Source of the DNA: Hydrolagus affinis
Taxonomy: Eukaryota
Reading direction: 5' to 3'
Assembly (NCBI GenBank): GCA_012026655.1
Contig: JAAILG010000909.1
Span: forward strand, 1 to 64,000
Length of the DNA stretch: 64,000 bases
Shown: positions 1 through 11,725 of the stretch, piece by piece
Numbering within the stretch: position 1 is the stretch's first letter
Layout: every line of letters begins with the position of its first letter
Position numbers and translations under genes: made by a program
The notes under the pieces: generated by a model
Told to the model about the DNA's origin: nothing
The model's input: only the letters and a program-made list of their open reading frames with translations
Database searches by the model: none

Positions 1-370
1 TGTTTCACCCCTTCCCGAACACTCTCCTCCCAGCTCGGGTCACACGCCTCCTGTGCAGCGCCTTGGGACGTCCTCCCAACGTGAAAGGCGCTTTATAAGT
101 TTAATTTGTTGTTGTTGTTGTTGTCCTTCCTGGTGAGTGTTAGGTTGGTCGATGATGCTCCTGTCTTCATTCAGTGCATTATTCGCCTTTGCCTCGCCCC
201 CTCTTTTCTCAGCTTCAGGTCCCAGCTGAAGACCTTTCTCTTCGACCGTGCCTTTGGTCACCTTTCTACCCCTGCCCCTGGCTCGGTCCCGAGATCCGCT
301 ATTGTGAAGTGTTCTGAGACGCCATCTGGCGTGAAGGGCACTATATAAAATGAAGTTGTTGTTGTTGTTG
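1..370 (+). mobile_element. Two tandem L2 3' ends with two tail types
   Basis: Tails ending in (GTT)n at about 124 and 370. Confidence 0.75.
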
Positions 371-1379
371 TTTTATTCACCAGCCAAGAAAAGGTTTAGG
401 AAGACAAATTCTACCTGGGTGTATATTTACTCCACGTACCATTTCAGAGCAGCCAAAATTTGGGTACCAGAATACAAAAGAATGAGAAGTAACAGTAAAA
501 TAAAGTTATATTGTATAAAACATCATTATGGTTAGGCATGTAATTCTAACCTATTCTAGTTTTCTTCCTTGAACAGGGGACTCTTAATTTGCTCCAATGT
601 CATTGGGCTCATGAATCCAGCCCTGCCACCATGAAGCACTCTGAAACATTGAAGGGAGCTATATAAGTGCAAGTTGTTGATGTTATGTTGTAGTGCAAAA
701 CATAGGTTTTTGGCTTCTTACTTCTTCTCACACTCTCATTAGGAGCTACCACGGTTGGTCAGAGATACATGTACTGATCTAAAATAGGACAAATTAAAAG
801 ATAATTTGCCTTTTAACCATGGCTTCTTCATTGTGCAACTAAATGGAAACAAGTCCAGATGCAACAGGTTACATCTCTTATCATGTTTGTTGGATTTACT
901 TGTCTAACCAAGTCTCAACTGCTTACAGTAATGGAGTCAGGATTAGAGGCTGTGTCTTGATATTTAACAGAAATTGAAACAATTCATTTCATCAGCCTCC
1001 CCTCCTAACCCTAACTCTCCTACTCTCCTTCCCCCTACCCCGACCCCCCACTCCCCCACTCACCTGCTCAGGTCCCGACCTAACCATTCAGCACCTTGGA
1101 ACGTCCTCCTGACGTGAAAGGCGTTCTATAAATGTAATTTTGTTGTTGTTGTTGTTCAGTCCTGTGGCATTATCTGGGAAAGTCTGGTTTGACATTTACA
1201 TAGGTCAATTTCATACTTATTGCTTCAAGTTTTATGATTAAGTTTCCAGAATAGATTGAAAAACATGTTTCATAACCAATCTGACAGGAGAATTATAGCA
1301 CAAAATCTATATGATATATCACATTTTTCAACTATAGAAAACTGGAAAATGGATTAACATATTATTGAAGCTTACTAAC

Positions 1380-1442
1380 CTCCTTTGTGAATAATTTTGC
1401 TCAGGGTATCTGCATCGCTATCAAATGTATATTCAGATGGTT
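1380..1442 (-). CDS. POSTN: Probable periostin C-terminal cassette-type exon (PSEYTFDSDADTLSKIIHKG)
   Basis: 63 nt, symmetric phase 1, cttgtcag/gttagt sites, open frame; loose similarity to a late periostin C-terminal exon. Confidence 0.65.
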
Positions 1443-2274
1443 CTGACAAGAGAGATTACAAAGCGTCACTGGTGAAAAATGACTGGGAAGTAATGCACTG
1501 CAAAACAGGTAAAGACACCCATTTGTAATGTCAATGTTTCACTCCATGTACCTCCTTTTCCAGTTGTTGGTATAAAGTGCTCAGGGATGCTGCCAGGTGA
1601 AGGATGCTATATGAATGCAAGTTGTTGTTCTTGGTGGTGGTGGTATAGCTCTGACTTTTTTTTAAAAAAGGGATTATTTTCACTGATCAAGATGTTTACA
1701 TTAGGGACGCAATATGCAAAATACTTCTAATTTTAGACACCCATCAGCGTCAGAACTGAGCTAATTCCAATGGAAACAATCAATTTTGACCCAAGCTACT
1801 GTGTCCATTTTACACATAAGTTATTCTTGTAGCCTTCGTGGGGGTGAGAATCCAGTGTCAAATTGTTGCATTGGGGACCTGACCCCTACAGTCAATTCAC
1901 CTTACAGTATTTTCTGTAAAGCACTTTGAGATGTCCAGAAGATGTGAAAAGCTCTATATCAAATGCAGAGATTATTATTTTTATTATTATGCAAGGATTA
2001 CTATATGTACTTTGCAGGGATTTCTTTTAGCTGCCATGAATATTGAGATTAGTGCCAAGTACGTCAAATATTCCTATCAATTAAACACACATTTTGATGG
2101 GATGCCTTCCATTTCTTTTATCCATCCCATCCATTAATAAACATAAACTTAATTAATTTACACACTAGCAGTATGAAACAACATAGATTTTCACACTAGA
2201 AAAAAATTAATAATAAAACTTAATATGATAACAATACCGCTATTACTACTAGTAATAATACAAAGAGAACTTAC

Positions 2275-2364
2275 GGCCTTCAATGGTGATTGTCTCTCCA
2301 CTTCTGTAGAGTATTATTTCTGGTTTGCTTGTTATAACTTTTGTGATTGTTGTGATATGAGTTG
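2275..2364 (-). CDS. POSTN: Periostin C-terminal cassette-type exon (THITTITKVITSKPEIILYRSGETITIEG)
   Basis: 90 nt, symmetric phase 1, strong ttccag/gtaag sites, ITKV...IEG repeat typical of the periostin C-terminus. Confidence 0.85.
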
Positions 2365-2689
2365 CTGGAAAGAAAAGATATTTATTCATTACATAAATGG
2401 AATTAACTCATTTGGATCCAGGAATGTAGAGTTAGGAGTCGAAATGAATTGAAGATGACTTCTTCTCTTGGACTCTATGCATTGAATGTTGCCTTAATAT
2501 TTATCACACCTAATTTTCTAATATGAGCCTAGGTATTTATGTGCCTGATAGGTCTTTATATCTTTAAACATTATTAAGGGTCCAATTCCAATTATTGTCC
2601 CAGACATTGGTTGGAGCACTCGCCTCATAAATGAGAGGATAATTAACACTGTTTCAAACTGTAAGAGTACTCAAAATAATGAAACTTAC

Positions 2690-2735
2690 TGATATAGGGC
2701 ATTCTGATTTCCTTGTAGGTGTAACCTGGGACATA
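2690..2735 (-). CDS. POSTN: Periostin exon 16 (YVPGYTYKEIRMPYI)
   Basis: Resembles mammalian FVRGSTFKEIPVTVY; 46 nt; tag/gtaag boundaries; cumulative CDS 2008 nt in frame. Confidence 0.9.
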
Positions 2736-3287
2736 CTATATAAGAAAAAGAAACACAAAATGAATTGTGTACATAAGTTAATATGAAACACCATATGTAA
2801 CAAAAGTCAATTCAGACCAACAAACTTGTTCTACCAGTTTATTAGATAATAGCAGAGCTTTTAATCCCAATGTTATGTGCCATGTCCATATCTCTTAATA
2901 CCTTTACTACCAAGTATCCATCTATCTCTCTTAAAATCCATGCACAGCTACCCTAAACTATTGAGAACAGCTCTGACATGACCTACTATACATCTATTAA
3001 GCAATCCCTGTAATAAATACTGCAACTAAGATTGTACCAACTCTTATGGGAAGTTGTGCATGGACTCTCACTGATTTCTCCCCTCCCTAACATTTTGCTG
3101 GAGACTTTTACAAATAAGTCCTGCTGAATAATCCTCCCTTCTAATAAATGAAGGTCATTGCCGATGTCACTTGGCACTAACTTCCTGCTAGTGTGCATTT
3201 GCTGTACAGGTAGGAAGCATTGCTGATGTCACTTTACAGAAATAGATTTGGCTTTTTGCTGTATAAATATTGGACTTCAAAACATAC

Positions 3288-3355
3288 CTTTATTTCAATG
3301 TATTTCAATATTCTTGTTAGCAGCTTGTACAGAACTTCATTTCCCACAGGGAGAT
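3288..3355 (-). CDS. POSTN: Periostin exon 15 (DLPVGNEVLYKLLTRILKYIEIK)
   Basis: Resembles mammalian DTPVGNDQLLEILNKLIKYIQIK; 68 nt; cag/gtatg boundaries. Confidence 0.93.
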
Positions 3356-4139
3356 CTGTGAAATCAAACATTAAAGAAAATGAGTATAATTTGCACAAAT
3401 ACCCAAATGGCTGTCTTGCTGCTGCAGTCTTGGTGACATTAATAAGTAGAGGAACTGTGAGCTAATGATTGTGACATTTGATTTCAAGATTCCATGTGAT
3501 CACATTGAAACAGGTTCAACAGGTTTTAATTGTTGCTGCTTTGGAAAAAATTGCTTCTAACTCGGATTTGGGGAATAACTCTGATGTTAACTCCTGGAGG
3601 CTGCCTTTGAACATTTTATTAGCTCACACAGGCTAAATTTCACCCATGTCATCCACGGCATACGAGTAATGCATTTTAACTATTCTTACTTAAACTGAAC
3701 ATGCTTCTAAGTTTTTGGGAGATTGTACCAGACAAATATTGAACATTTGCCTGGAGGATAATGAATGACTACAACAATCATGGCTATGACACTGGACTCA
3801 TTTAAAAAGCAGCTTGGTACAGCATCAAGCTGAGACACTTCTTGGTGTGGAGGGCGCTGTGTAAGTGCAAGTTGTTGTTCTTGTGATGGGAGGACAGACA
3901 TTCTGGAAGGATGAGATCAGATGAGCCAAAGGGCTGCTTCACCCAAACTAATCTTGCTATCCAATGAATTGGAACCTCAATAACCAATTTGCTGAATGTC
4001 ATTCACAGACAGATCAGTAATTATCCTTTCAGTTTCTACGAAGATAAAAATTTGTTTGTCAGTGATTATGACAAAACCGATAGGCACTGGCATTTGATGC
4101 CGGTGCTATCAGCAAACCTGTAGAAAGTGGAAAGCTCAC

Positions 4140-4242
4140 CTTTAGGAAAGAGTAAAGAGTTGACCACATGAATGACACCGTTATTTGCCATCATGTCAGA
4201 TTCCTTGGACTTCACACCATTCACCAGCAATGTCTCATTTAC
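4140..4242 (-). CDS. POSTN: Periostin exon 14 (VNETLLVNGVKSKESDMMANNGVIHVVNSLLFPK)
   Basis: H2 motif; N-E-T sequon; 103 nt; tag/gtgag boundaries. Confidence 0.95.
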
Positions 4243-4720
4243 CTAAAAATGTAAAACAAGCAACAAAATTACATTTGTAGAGCGCCTTTCACATAGAGGA
4301 CGTTCCAAGGTGCTGAACGGTAAGGGGTCAGGATCTGAGCACGAGGGAGGGGGATGGCAAGGTTGGGATGAGGGAGGGTAGCGAGGTAGGGGGCAGATGA
4401 ATGCAAGGTTGTAAAAGAGGCTCTTGAGTTAGGCATTGAAGGAGGCAAGGGAGGGAGCAAGCCGAAGGAATTGTGGGATAGAGTTCCAGAGAGTGGGGGC
4501 AGAGAGGCTGAAAGCTTGGTCGCTGATGGTAGATCATTTGTTGATGAAAGTGTATTCTCAAAGTACTTTAAAGCAATATATGAGCCTCATACATTACTAC
4601 AAGCTGTGAATAGGAATGCTTTGCATTTCAAGTGCTGTCTCACTATGTGGCGTTGACATTTCTGGATACTTTCAAATAAAGCAGAGCGTTTCATTTCAGC
4701 TCGTTGCTAAGTAAACTCAC

Positions 4721-4851
4721 CAATTTTACCATCAACTTGCTGCCCTGGTATGAGTTCAGTACATTTGTGACACCATATTCAATCCCTCCTCCAATGAAAA
4801 CACCTTTGAGCAGGTGGTACATGAGGATGTGCCTGAGAGCACTTTTATCAC
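4721..4851 (-). CDS. POSTN: Periostin exon 13 (DKSALRHILMYHLLKGVFIGGGIEYGVTNVLNSYQGSKLMVKL)
   Basis: YH motif; 131 nt; cag/gtgag boundaries. Confidence 0.95.
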
Positions 4852-5532
4852 CTGTGAAATGAGGAACGATTTTTAGAGCATGTTTTCCATGATCTTTTAA
4901 TCTGAACAGTAAGGTAGACCTCAGTTAATATAGTGTATATATATCCTGGCACATCTAGTATATATAGCCCATGCTATACATATTGTACTGTATGTAGTAT
5001 ATATGTAGTGTTTTTGGCTCCAGTTTGTGGTTGTTTGATTCCTGGTTGGTGTTGAATTTGTTGGTTTGAGTTGGGGCTGAATGAAGCAGCTCACTCCTTC
5101 CGTGGAACAGAAAACCAGCCAGGGTTTCTGCTCCTGGTCCTAACATATGTCAGTCAACTGACTGACCAAAAGTGAACTTGTTTGGACTCTGTTCTTCAGC
5201 AGCATACAGTACTGAAAAGGGGGTGAAGGGCACTCTGTCATTCTTATCTCTGTCCAACGATAGCAAAGTTCCAGTGCAGGCTAGGGAAATGGGTGCTCAA
5301 AAACGGATTACTGCAACGGAAGATGGCTGTCCAGTCCGTAGAGGCAATGCAGCAGAGAGCAACAAGAATGACCCCTCATATTAAAACAATGACCTATGAC
5401 CAAAGATTAGGCCAGCAAGGATCTTTTTAGTCTTGAGGAAGCATATGACTAACACTTCCTCAAGGCTAAAAAGCCTTGCTTGCCAATTCCCCAAAGGAAC
5501 AATGGACATCTATTTATATGTGATTTACTGAC

Positions 5533-5663
5533 CTTTTAACTGCTCCAACTCATAGGTAGAGATACTTTCAAACACATCATTTGTCGGGACAAATAAAGTC
5601 CAGGATCCTTCAGAATTGAGTACATCCAACAAATCAGCAGACTCTATCAGCGACAGGAATATG
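5533..5663 (-). CDS. POSTN: Periostin exon 12 (FAS1-4; IFLSLIESADLLDVLNSEGSWTLFVPTND...)
   Basis: H1 motif WTLFVPTND; 131 nt; cag/gtcag boundaries. Confidence 0.95.
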
Positions 5664-5838
5664 CTGATGAAAAAAGTCACCAGAGTTTTAATTCAATTTT
5701 GAAGACAAAGGAAATATCCAACACATTGGATGCAAGATCACACTCTAGCCCTCTTCCTGCATCCCACTCATTGGTTTGCATCTCCCTTCCCCCCAGGCTC
5801 CATCCCTCCTGCTTTCTCCCATTCACGCCACTTCTCCC

Positions 5839-6131
5839 AATAATAATAACAATCCTTGCATTTGATATTGCGCTTTTCACATCTTATCGACGTCTCAAAG
5901 CGCTTTTCAAAATATACTGTAAAGTGAATTGACCATATATTTGTGGGCAAATCCCATCCATCAATTGCGCACAGCAGTGTCACCACAAACAGTCATGGAT
6001 TGAAATGACCAAATTTTATTATTGTGTTTTTTTTGGAGGGATTATTATTAGGTATGTGGAGTAAGGAAACTTGCCCAAGGTTTCGCCCTGGTCTGCCTGG
6101 ATTTGAACACAGGTCTCATGCTTGAAAGCGA
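5839..6131 (-). mobile_element. Same SINE family, nearly full length (POSTN intron 11)
   Basis: Aligns to the other copies up to the B box. Confidence 0.85.
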
Positions 6132-6679
6132 AATAGAAGTGAGAATAGAAGTGGGTAAATGTGGCGAAACTGCTGCATAATCGAAATACAGAGGGACATA
6201 AATGGAATTATCTCGATCATTTTTCAGTTACTTAAGAATTTGCTAGGCACAGGGAGATTAAGGTCCATCCCATTTTTGTTCCACTATCCTGACAGTCGCA
6301 TTACATGTTGTGTCCTCAACCTATATACAGTATTATATTCTGAGATATTATTGCCTTATAGAAATCTATTGAAAGAATCAACACTTTCTGCTTCCACTGT
6401 CACACTAGAAAACAGTTCTACATGTTTTCTACTTGCTTCCTGAAGTAGTGTTTCAGCAGATTTGTTCTGAATTCATGCCCCTTCAATCACAGGCCGTGTC
6501 CTCTGGTTCTTTGTGAAGCACAAGATAAACCAGTTTACCGCAGTCTACAATATCCAGTCCCTTTAGAGTCTTACTTTCCCTACAGAGTCACCGCAAAATC
6601 TCGATACATTTGTGCACCAGAAATAGCTGGTCTGAGACTTTCTGTGACAACGTTCAGGGAGAAAATAAATTGTACTTAC

Positions 6680-6816
6680 GTAAAGCGTGGGTCCTCCCTC
6701 AGAATCTCCAGCATTGATTTGTCGGCAGGGATAACAACCTTTCTGAGTAAGTGAACAACACCGTTTCGTGCCTCTTTGCTGCCTCGGATCAAGCAGGAAT
6801 TCTCAATGCACACCGC
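6680..6816 (-). CDS. POSTN: Periostin exon 11 (AVCIENSCLIRGSKEARNGVVHLLRKVVIPADKSMLEILREDPRF)
   Basis: AVCIENSC motif; 137 nt; cag/gtaag boundaries. Confidence 0.95.
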
Positions 6817-7336
6817 CTGCCAGGATGCAAAGATCTCTTTCACTTAATCCTGCTGACACTTAACAGTTATGAGTCCTGTAGCCGACCGAAAAACTCAGCA
6901 CTTATGAATGCTTCACTGCATTGTGAGGCGTAATGTGTTAACTGTTTCTGACAATGGCTTTTGCATCTTTGAGTATATGTGGGCAACAAGGTCAGTAATT
7001 AACAAGATGGATTGGCCTTGTAGGTGCATGTTTTTCCAGACTCAGTCACAACAGTGCAGATGACTTCAGGTCACGCTGCTGTGAAGATGTTGCAAAGTTG
7101 GGTGGGGAGATAAGACAACCGAAGTTAAACCAAAGTTTAACTCATGAAACCGAGCTTTCATTCCCCAGATGAATAATGAACATTCAGACCGGCACGCCTG
7201 TGTACAAATTAGCTACCGCAATTGCCTACAAAAATCTGCAGTCATTATACTTTACAGTAAAATTCTATGAAACGCTCTGATGTAAAAGGCATCAAATCAA
7301 ATGCTAGGGTTATTGATAACAAGGGTGAGTACTCAC

Positions 7337-7485
7337 AGTACGATAGACAAAGACTCGGAGGTACTTTCCGCCCAGTGTATACAGCTTTTGTTCATTAAAA
7401 AGGTTACTCAGCACAACTTTCATCTTCAGGACATGGTTCTGCAGAATCAGTCGGAGAAGTCGCTGATCAAGTTGCATAATGTCCA
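7337..7485 (-). CDS. POSTN: Periostin exon 10 (DIMQLDQRLLRLILQNHVLK...LRVFVYRT)
   Basis: 149 nt; cag/gtgag boundaries; LRVFVYR motif. Confidence 0.95.
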
Positions 7486-8184
7486 CTGCCAAATAAAAGA
7501 GGAAATCTCATATTTGGGCAGCCGCTTATTACCCCTTGTGTTAAGAGGGGTTGTCAACTCACATAAATTAAAAAAATTCAAATGATAATTTTATTTCTAC
7601 TATTTTTATTATTAAAAATCAAATGACCACATGAAGTGCCACAAATCTTTCAACCTTTCCCTCTTGTCCAGTGTGCACTTCTGTTTATTCAAATGTGTTT
7701 CCATAAATAGGTTTTGCTGGATAATAACTATGTTGGAGTTACTGAGTTTGACAATATGAGACCACTGTATTAATATCAGTATATTTATTCACCATCAACT
7801 TATTTGCTGTGGTGCCCAGTTTAAAATGGGCAGGATTGCTCCTGAGACCTGAAATGTGTCTTAACATTTAACATCAAGCAAAATATTGAAAAATCTTCAC
7901 ACTGTTTTAATTTGAAAGCTTTTTTTTATTGCAGATGCTTTTAGGAACTACTCAAAACAAATTTTTTTTCAAATTAATTGAAGATCCAATCAAATAGAAA
8001 ACAATAGTTTTAAGTCTCAGACCATGAGAAATTTGGGGCCAATGGTTCCAAACCAATTCTTCACCCTTTGCATTCCTTGTATCTATTTTTTGTGTTCTCT
8101 TGTCAAACTGTTGTTCAAGTTGTAGTCAGACAATGAAACAGCGATGAGCATAAATGCTCAACAGAACTAGGTAATATTCTGAAC

Positions 8185-8640
8185 TTAAGAATTTGCTAGG
8201 CGAAAGAAGACCAAGTTCCATCTAGTTTGCCTTCCACCATCCTGGCAGTCACTGACATGCCGTGTCTCAAACTATATACTGTACCCCGTGATATTATGTT
8301 CTAGTAGCAATCTATCAAATTTATTCCTGAAACGAACAACATTTTTTGCTTCCACTATCTCTCTATCAAGCTTGTTGTTATTAAAGCACCGTCCAGCACG
8401 GAGGGTGCTATATAAATCAAAGTTGTTGTTGTTGTTCCACAAGTTTGCTACTTGCTTACTGAAGTAGTGTTTCAGCAGATATGCTTTGAATTTACTCCCC
8501 CTTCAATCGTAGGCCATGTCCTCTGGTTCTACTGTTCAGTACAAGATAAAACAGCTTATCATGGTCTACATTATTCCCTTCAGATCCTTAAGGACTATAA
8601 TTACCCCTCATCCTTCTCTTCTCTAGTGTGAACATGCTCA
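8185..8640 (-). mobile_element. CR1-type LINE 3' fragment; paralogous copy at 6232-6575. Other CR1 pieces lie near 16740-17000, 17590-18110, 26715-26870, 47840-48080, 49760-49890 and 56400-56760
   Basis: Two local copies share cttaagaatttgctaggc...gtgtcctctggttct; CR1-like reverse-strand motifs. Confidence 0.6.
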
Positions 8641-8772
8641 GTTTATCTAATATCTCCGTTAATGTTACTGTTCAGAAGAAAAGGAAACTATTGGAATGCA
8701 AATTAAAAAGACACCACAATATTACAGAGGCAGAATACTATGTGTGTAACATTCTACTCAACACCAATTTAC

Positions 8773-8907
8773 CAGTGAAGGCATCGTTCAAGGGGGCAAG
8801 CAGCGTGTACTCCCCATCTGCAATGAGAGCCTCCGACAATCCAGTTTCCTTCACTAAGTCATAAAAAATCGACTGCTTCTCACTGGTCAGCTCCAAAACT
8901 TGCATAG
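8773..8907 (-). CDS. POSTN: Periostin exon 9 (FAS1-3; MQVLELT...GEYTLLAPLNDAFT)
   Basis: H1 motif YTLLAPLNDAF; 135 nt; cag/gtaaa boundaries. Confidence 0.95.
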
Positions 8908-9102
8908 CTGGAATTACAAAGGGGAAAACATTAATGATCTCACCACAGTGCATTAATGGTATAATATGTGTTTGTCCTTATTTTCCTAATTCAACAAAGG
9001 AGTCTTTTTTTAAAAAAAAGTAATACCATTCAGCTCAAATATGCCTCAAGGAAACCAGAACACTGAGTCAAGTCTGAACGTAAATGAAGTTCTGCCCATT
9101 AC

Positions 9103-9315
9103 CTGCATCTGGAATAAGGACTTCATCGATTAAGTGAATCACGCCATTGGTTGTCACAATGTCCTTGCGACTGATTATCTTCTTTCCATTTACAGTCAGA
9201 CTGTCACCATCACAACCAATCTCTACGTTAGATCCCTCTAAGGTAGTGTAGACTGAGCCCGACATTATGGCCTCAGAACACTGGACAGAGTCGAGGATGT
9301 GGTATTTCAGCATCG
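9103..9315 (-). CDS. POSTN: Periostin exon 8 ([17 protein letters not shown]...[14 protein letters not shown])
   Basis: Overlaps ORF 9068-9361; H2 motif; 213 nt; cag/gtaat boundaries. Confidence 0.96.
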
Positions 9316-9869
9316 CTGTAAGGAAAGAGATACAGTACATAACATCTGCAAACTGACCCAATCAGAGACAAACTTCATCAGATTACCCCTGCAATCATAG
9401 TATGACAATACTACTCTGATATTGTGTACAATCAAACCCCTGATTGTCCAGCTCCCAGGGACAGCTTTCCAATGTGATGGCCTCTATACAAGCATAATTT
9501 GTTCTTGCTGATATTGCTGAACAATTCATTGCTCATTGAACACAATTTGGGGGCAGAGGTACTAGCGGGTTAGGGGAAAGAATCTTGCAGACATTTTTTA
9601 AATTGCAAATGGTTTTGAATGGATATAGAGAGAGAAATTATTTGAAATGGGATATAAGAATACTGTCGTAATGCTTTCATTTGATACCTTTCACATTAAG
9701 AGGACATCTGAAAACACTTCACAGGATGTACTGGAAAATGTACTGTCAATTTACCCACAGCAACTAACCCTAATCCATAAACACTCATGAAGTGAATGAT
9801 CAATTTTATCTTGAGATTTTAGCCAGAACACTAGGTGAAACTCTCTTCTCTTTTCGATTAGTGCCATGG

Positions 9870-10445
9870 TATCTATAACATCATTGCAAATGTCCTGCTT
9901 ATCGGCCTTCCCAATTCCTCCTTCCACAGGTTGCAAATAATCCAGAAATCTGTGGCCCATGTCTTCTACCACTCCAAACTTCATGACCCCATCTCCTCCG
10001 TCCTTGCCTGACTCCATTGGCTCTCCATCATCCAGAAGATCCAATTCAAGATCCTGGTCATCACATTTAAAGCCCTCCACAACCTCCCCCCATCCTACAT
10101 CCGTGATCTGCTAATTCCCTACCAACCTGCCCACCTCCACCACTCAGCAGGCTCTGGCCTGCTCCACATCCCCCGACCACCCGCCACACCATTGGTGGGT
10201 GAGCCTTTAGCTACTCTGCTCCAACCTCTGGAACTCCATCCTGCAGACCCTTCGCCTCGCTCCCTCCCTGGACTCGTTCAAGTCCAGCCTCAAGACCCTC
10301 CTCTTTGATGGACCCATCGGCAACTCCTAATACCCCCTTCCCTACCCCCACTGTCCCTAGCTTGGGTCTGAAACAGTGACTGTCCGTGTCTTGGGACGTC
10401 CTGCTGACTTGAAAGGCGCTATAGAAGTGTAATTTTGTTGTTGTT
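9870..10445 (+). mobile_element. L2 LINE 3' fragment
   Basis: Decayed L2 ORF2 end (HWLH...IQFKIL...FKALHNL), C-rich 3' UTR, tail gggacgtcc...gaaaggcgctata...(GTT)n. Confidence 0.8.
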
Positions 10446-10799
10446 GCATTGGAGTACCAGCTGAAGATTATATGAGTTCAAAGTTCTGTCAAGGGACATG
10501 AATCTTCTAACTCTACTGACTTAGGCTTACACACAACAAATTTAATGTAACTATAAGAGCTATTTTTACAAAAAATGGTTACAGATTTGTGTTAATGGAA
10601 TACTGAAAACTGCAATTTCAATAACTTAGCAATTGTTGAAACTGGAACAGCTGCTAGGAGAACATATTCTTTCAGTGCATCGGGGCATCAATTCAAATTC
10701 TTACACAATAGATATTTGTTTAGTAACACAAACTTTGTTTGGATGTAGTACATGTGCCAACTGAAACTCAGCCAGTTATTCACTCAATACAAACACTTA

Positions 10800-11725
10800 A
10801 ACCCCTCCTCCTCACACTCTACATCCTCCCCATTGGTGACGTCATCAGCAAATATGGGTTAAATCTCCACCTTTACGCAGATACTCAACTCTATCTCTCT
10901 GCTTCCACCCTCAACTCCAGGACTACCGGCGTCCTGACTGCGTGCCTGTCTGACACCCTCCCGACATGAAAGGCGCTCTATAAGTGTAATTTTGTTGTAT
11001 TTTGTTGTTGACAGAGTCCTGGAGGAGGGACAACTTTCTTCAGCTAAATGTCAGCAAGACTGAGTCCCTCAGGGGCTGGCAGTGTCAGCATCCAATGCTG
11101 CACACTTCATCTCATGAAGCCAGTCAGGAACCTGGGTGTCTTGTTTGACCCTGAACTGTCCTTTCTCTATGCCATGACCAACACTTGCCGGCTCTTCCCT
11201 TCACAAGCTTCAGATCATCCAGAACTCTGCAGCTCATGTTCTCTCCTGCACTAAGCTCCGTGACTCCATCACTCCGAACCTCGCCTGGCTCCACTGGCTC
11301 CCCATCCCTCAGAGGATTGAATTAAAGATCCCTGTGCTTACTTTCAAGGCCATTCACAGTCTTGCCCCTTCCTACCTCTCCGACCTGCTGATGCTCTATC
11401 AACCTATGCTCTATCAGCCCTCCATTCAGCGGGCTCTGGTCTGCTCCATGTCTCCCGCCTGACCCACCCTACAAACGATGGACAGGCTTTCAGCTTCTCT
11501 GCCCCCACACTCTGCAACTCCATCCCACAATCCCATCACCTTGTTTCTTCCCTAGCCTCCTTCAAGGCCAGTCTCAAGACCCTCCTTTTTGATTGTGCCT
11601 ACAGCCACCCTCCCACTTATCTCTCTACCTCCTACCCTGCCCCTCCCCCGTGCTTGGGTCCTGACCCCCGTTCAGCTCCTCCCAACATGAAAAGCGTTCT
11701 ATAAATGTAATTTTGTTGTTGATTT
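10800..11725 (+). mobile_element. L2 LINE 3' fragment with decayed RT remnants, interrupted by a solo L2 tail
   Basis: Remnants [11 protein letters not shown] (YADD-like) and VRNLGVLFDPELSF; (GTT)n tail. Confidence 0.82.

Noticed and set aside
381-414. Possible small POSTN exon (cccag...gtgaat)
   Set aside because: 34 nt, frame-shifting, no polypyrimidine tract and no periostin similarity.
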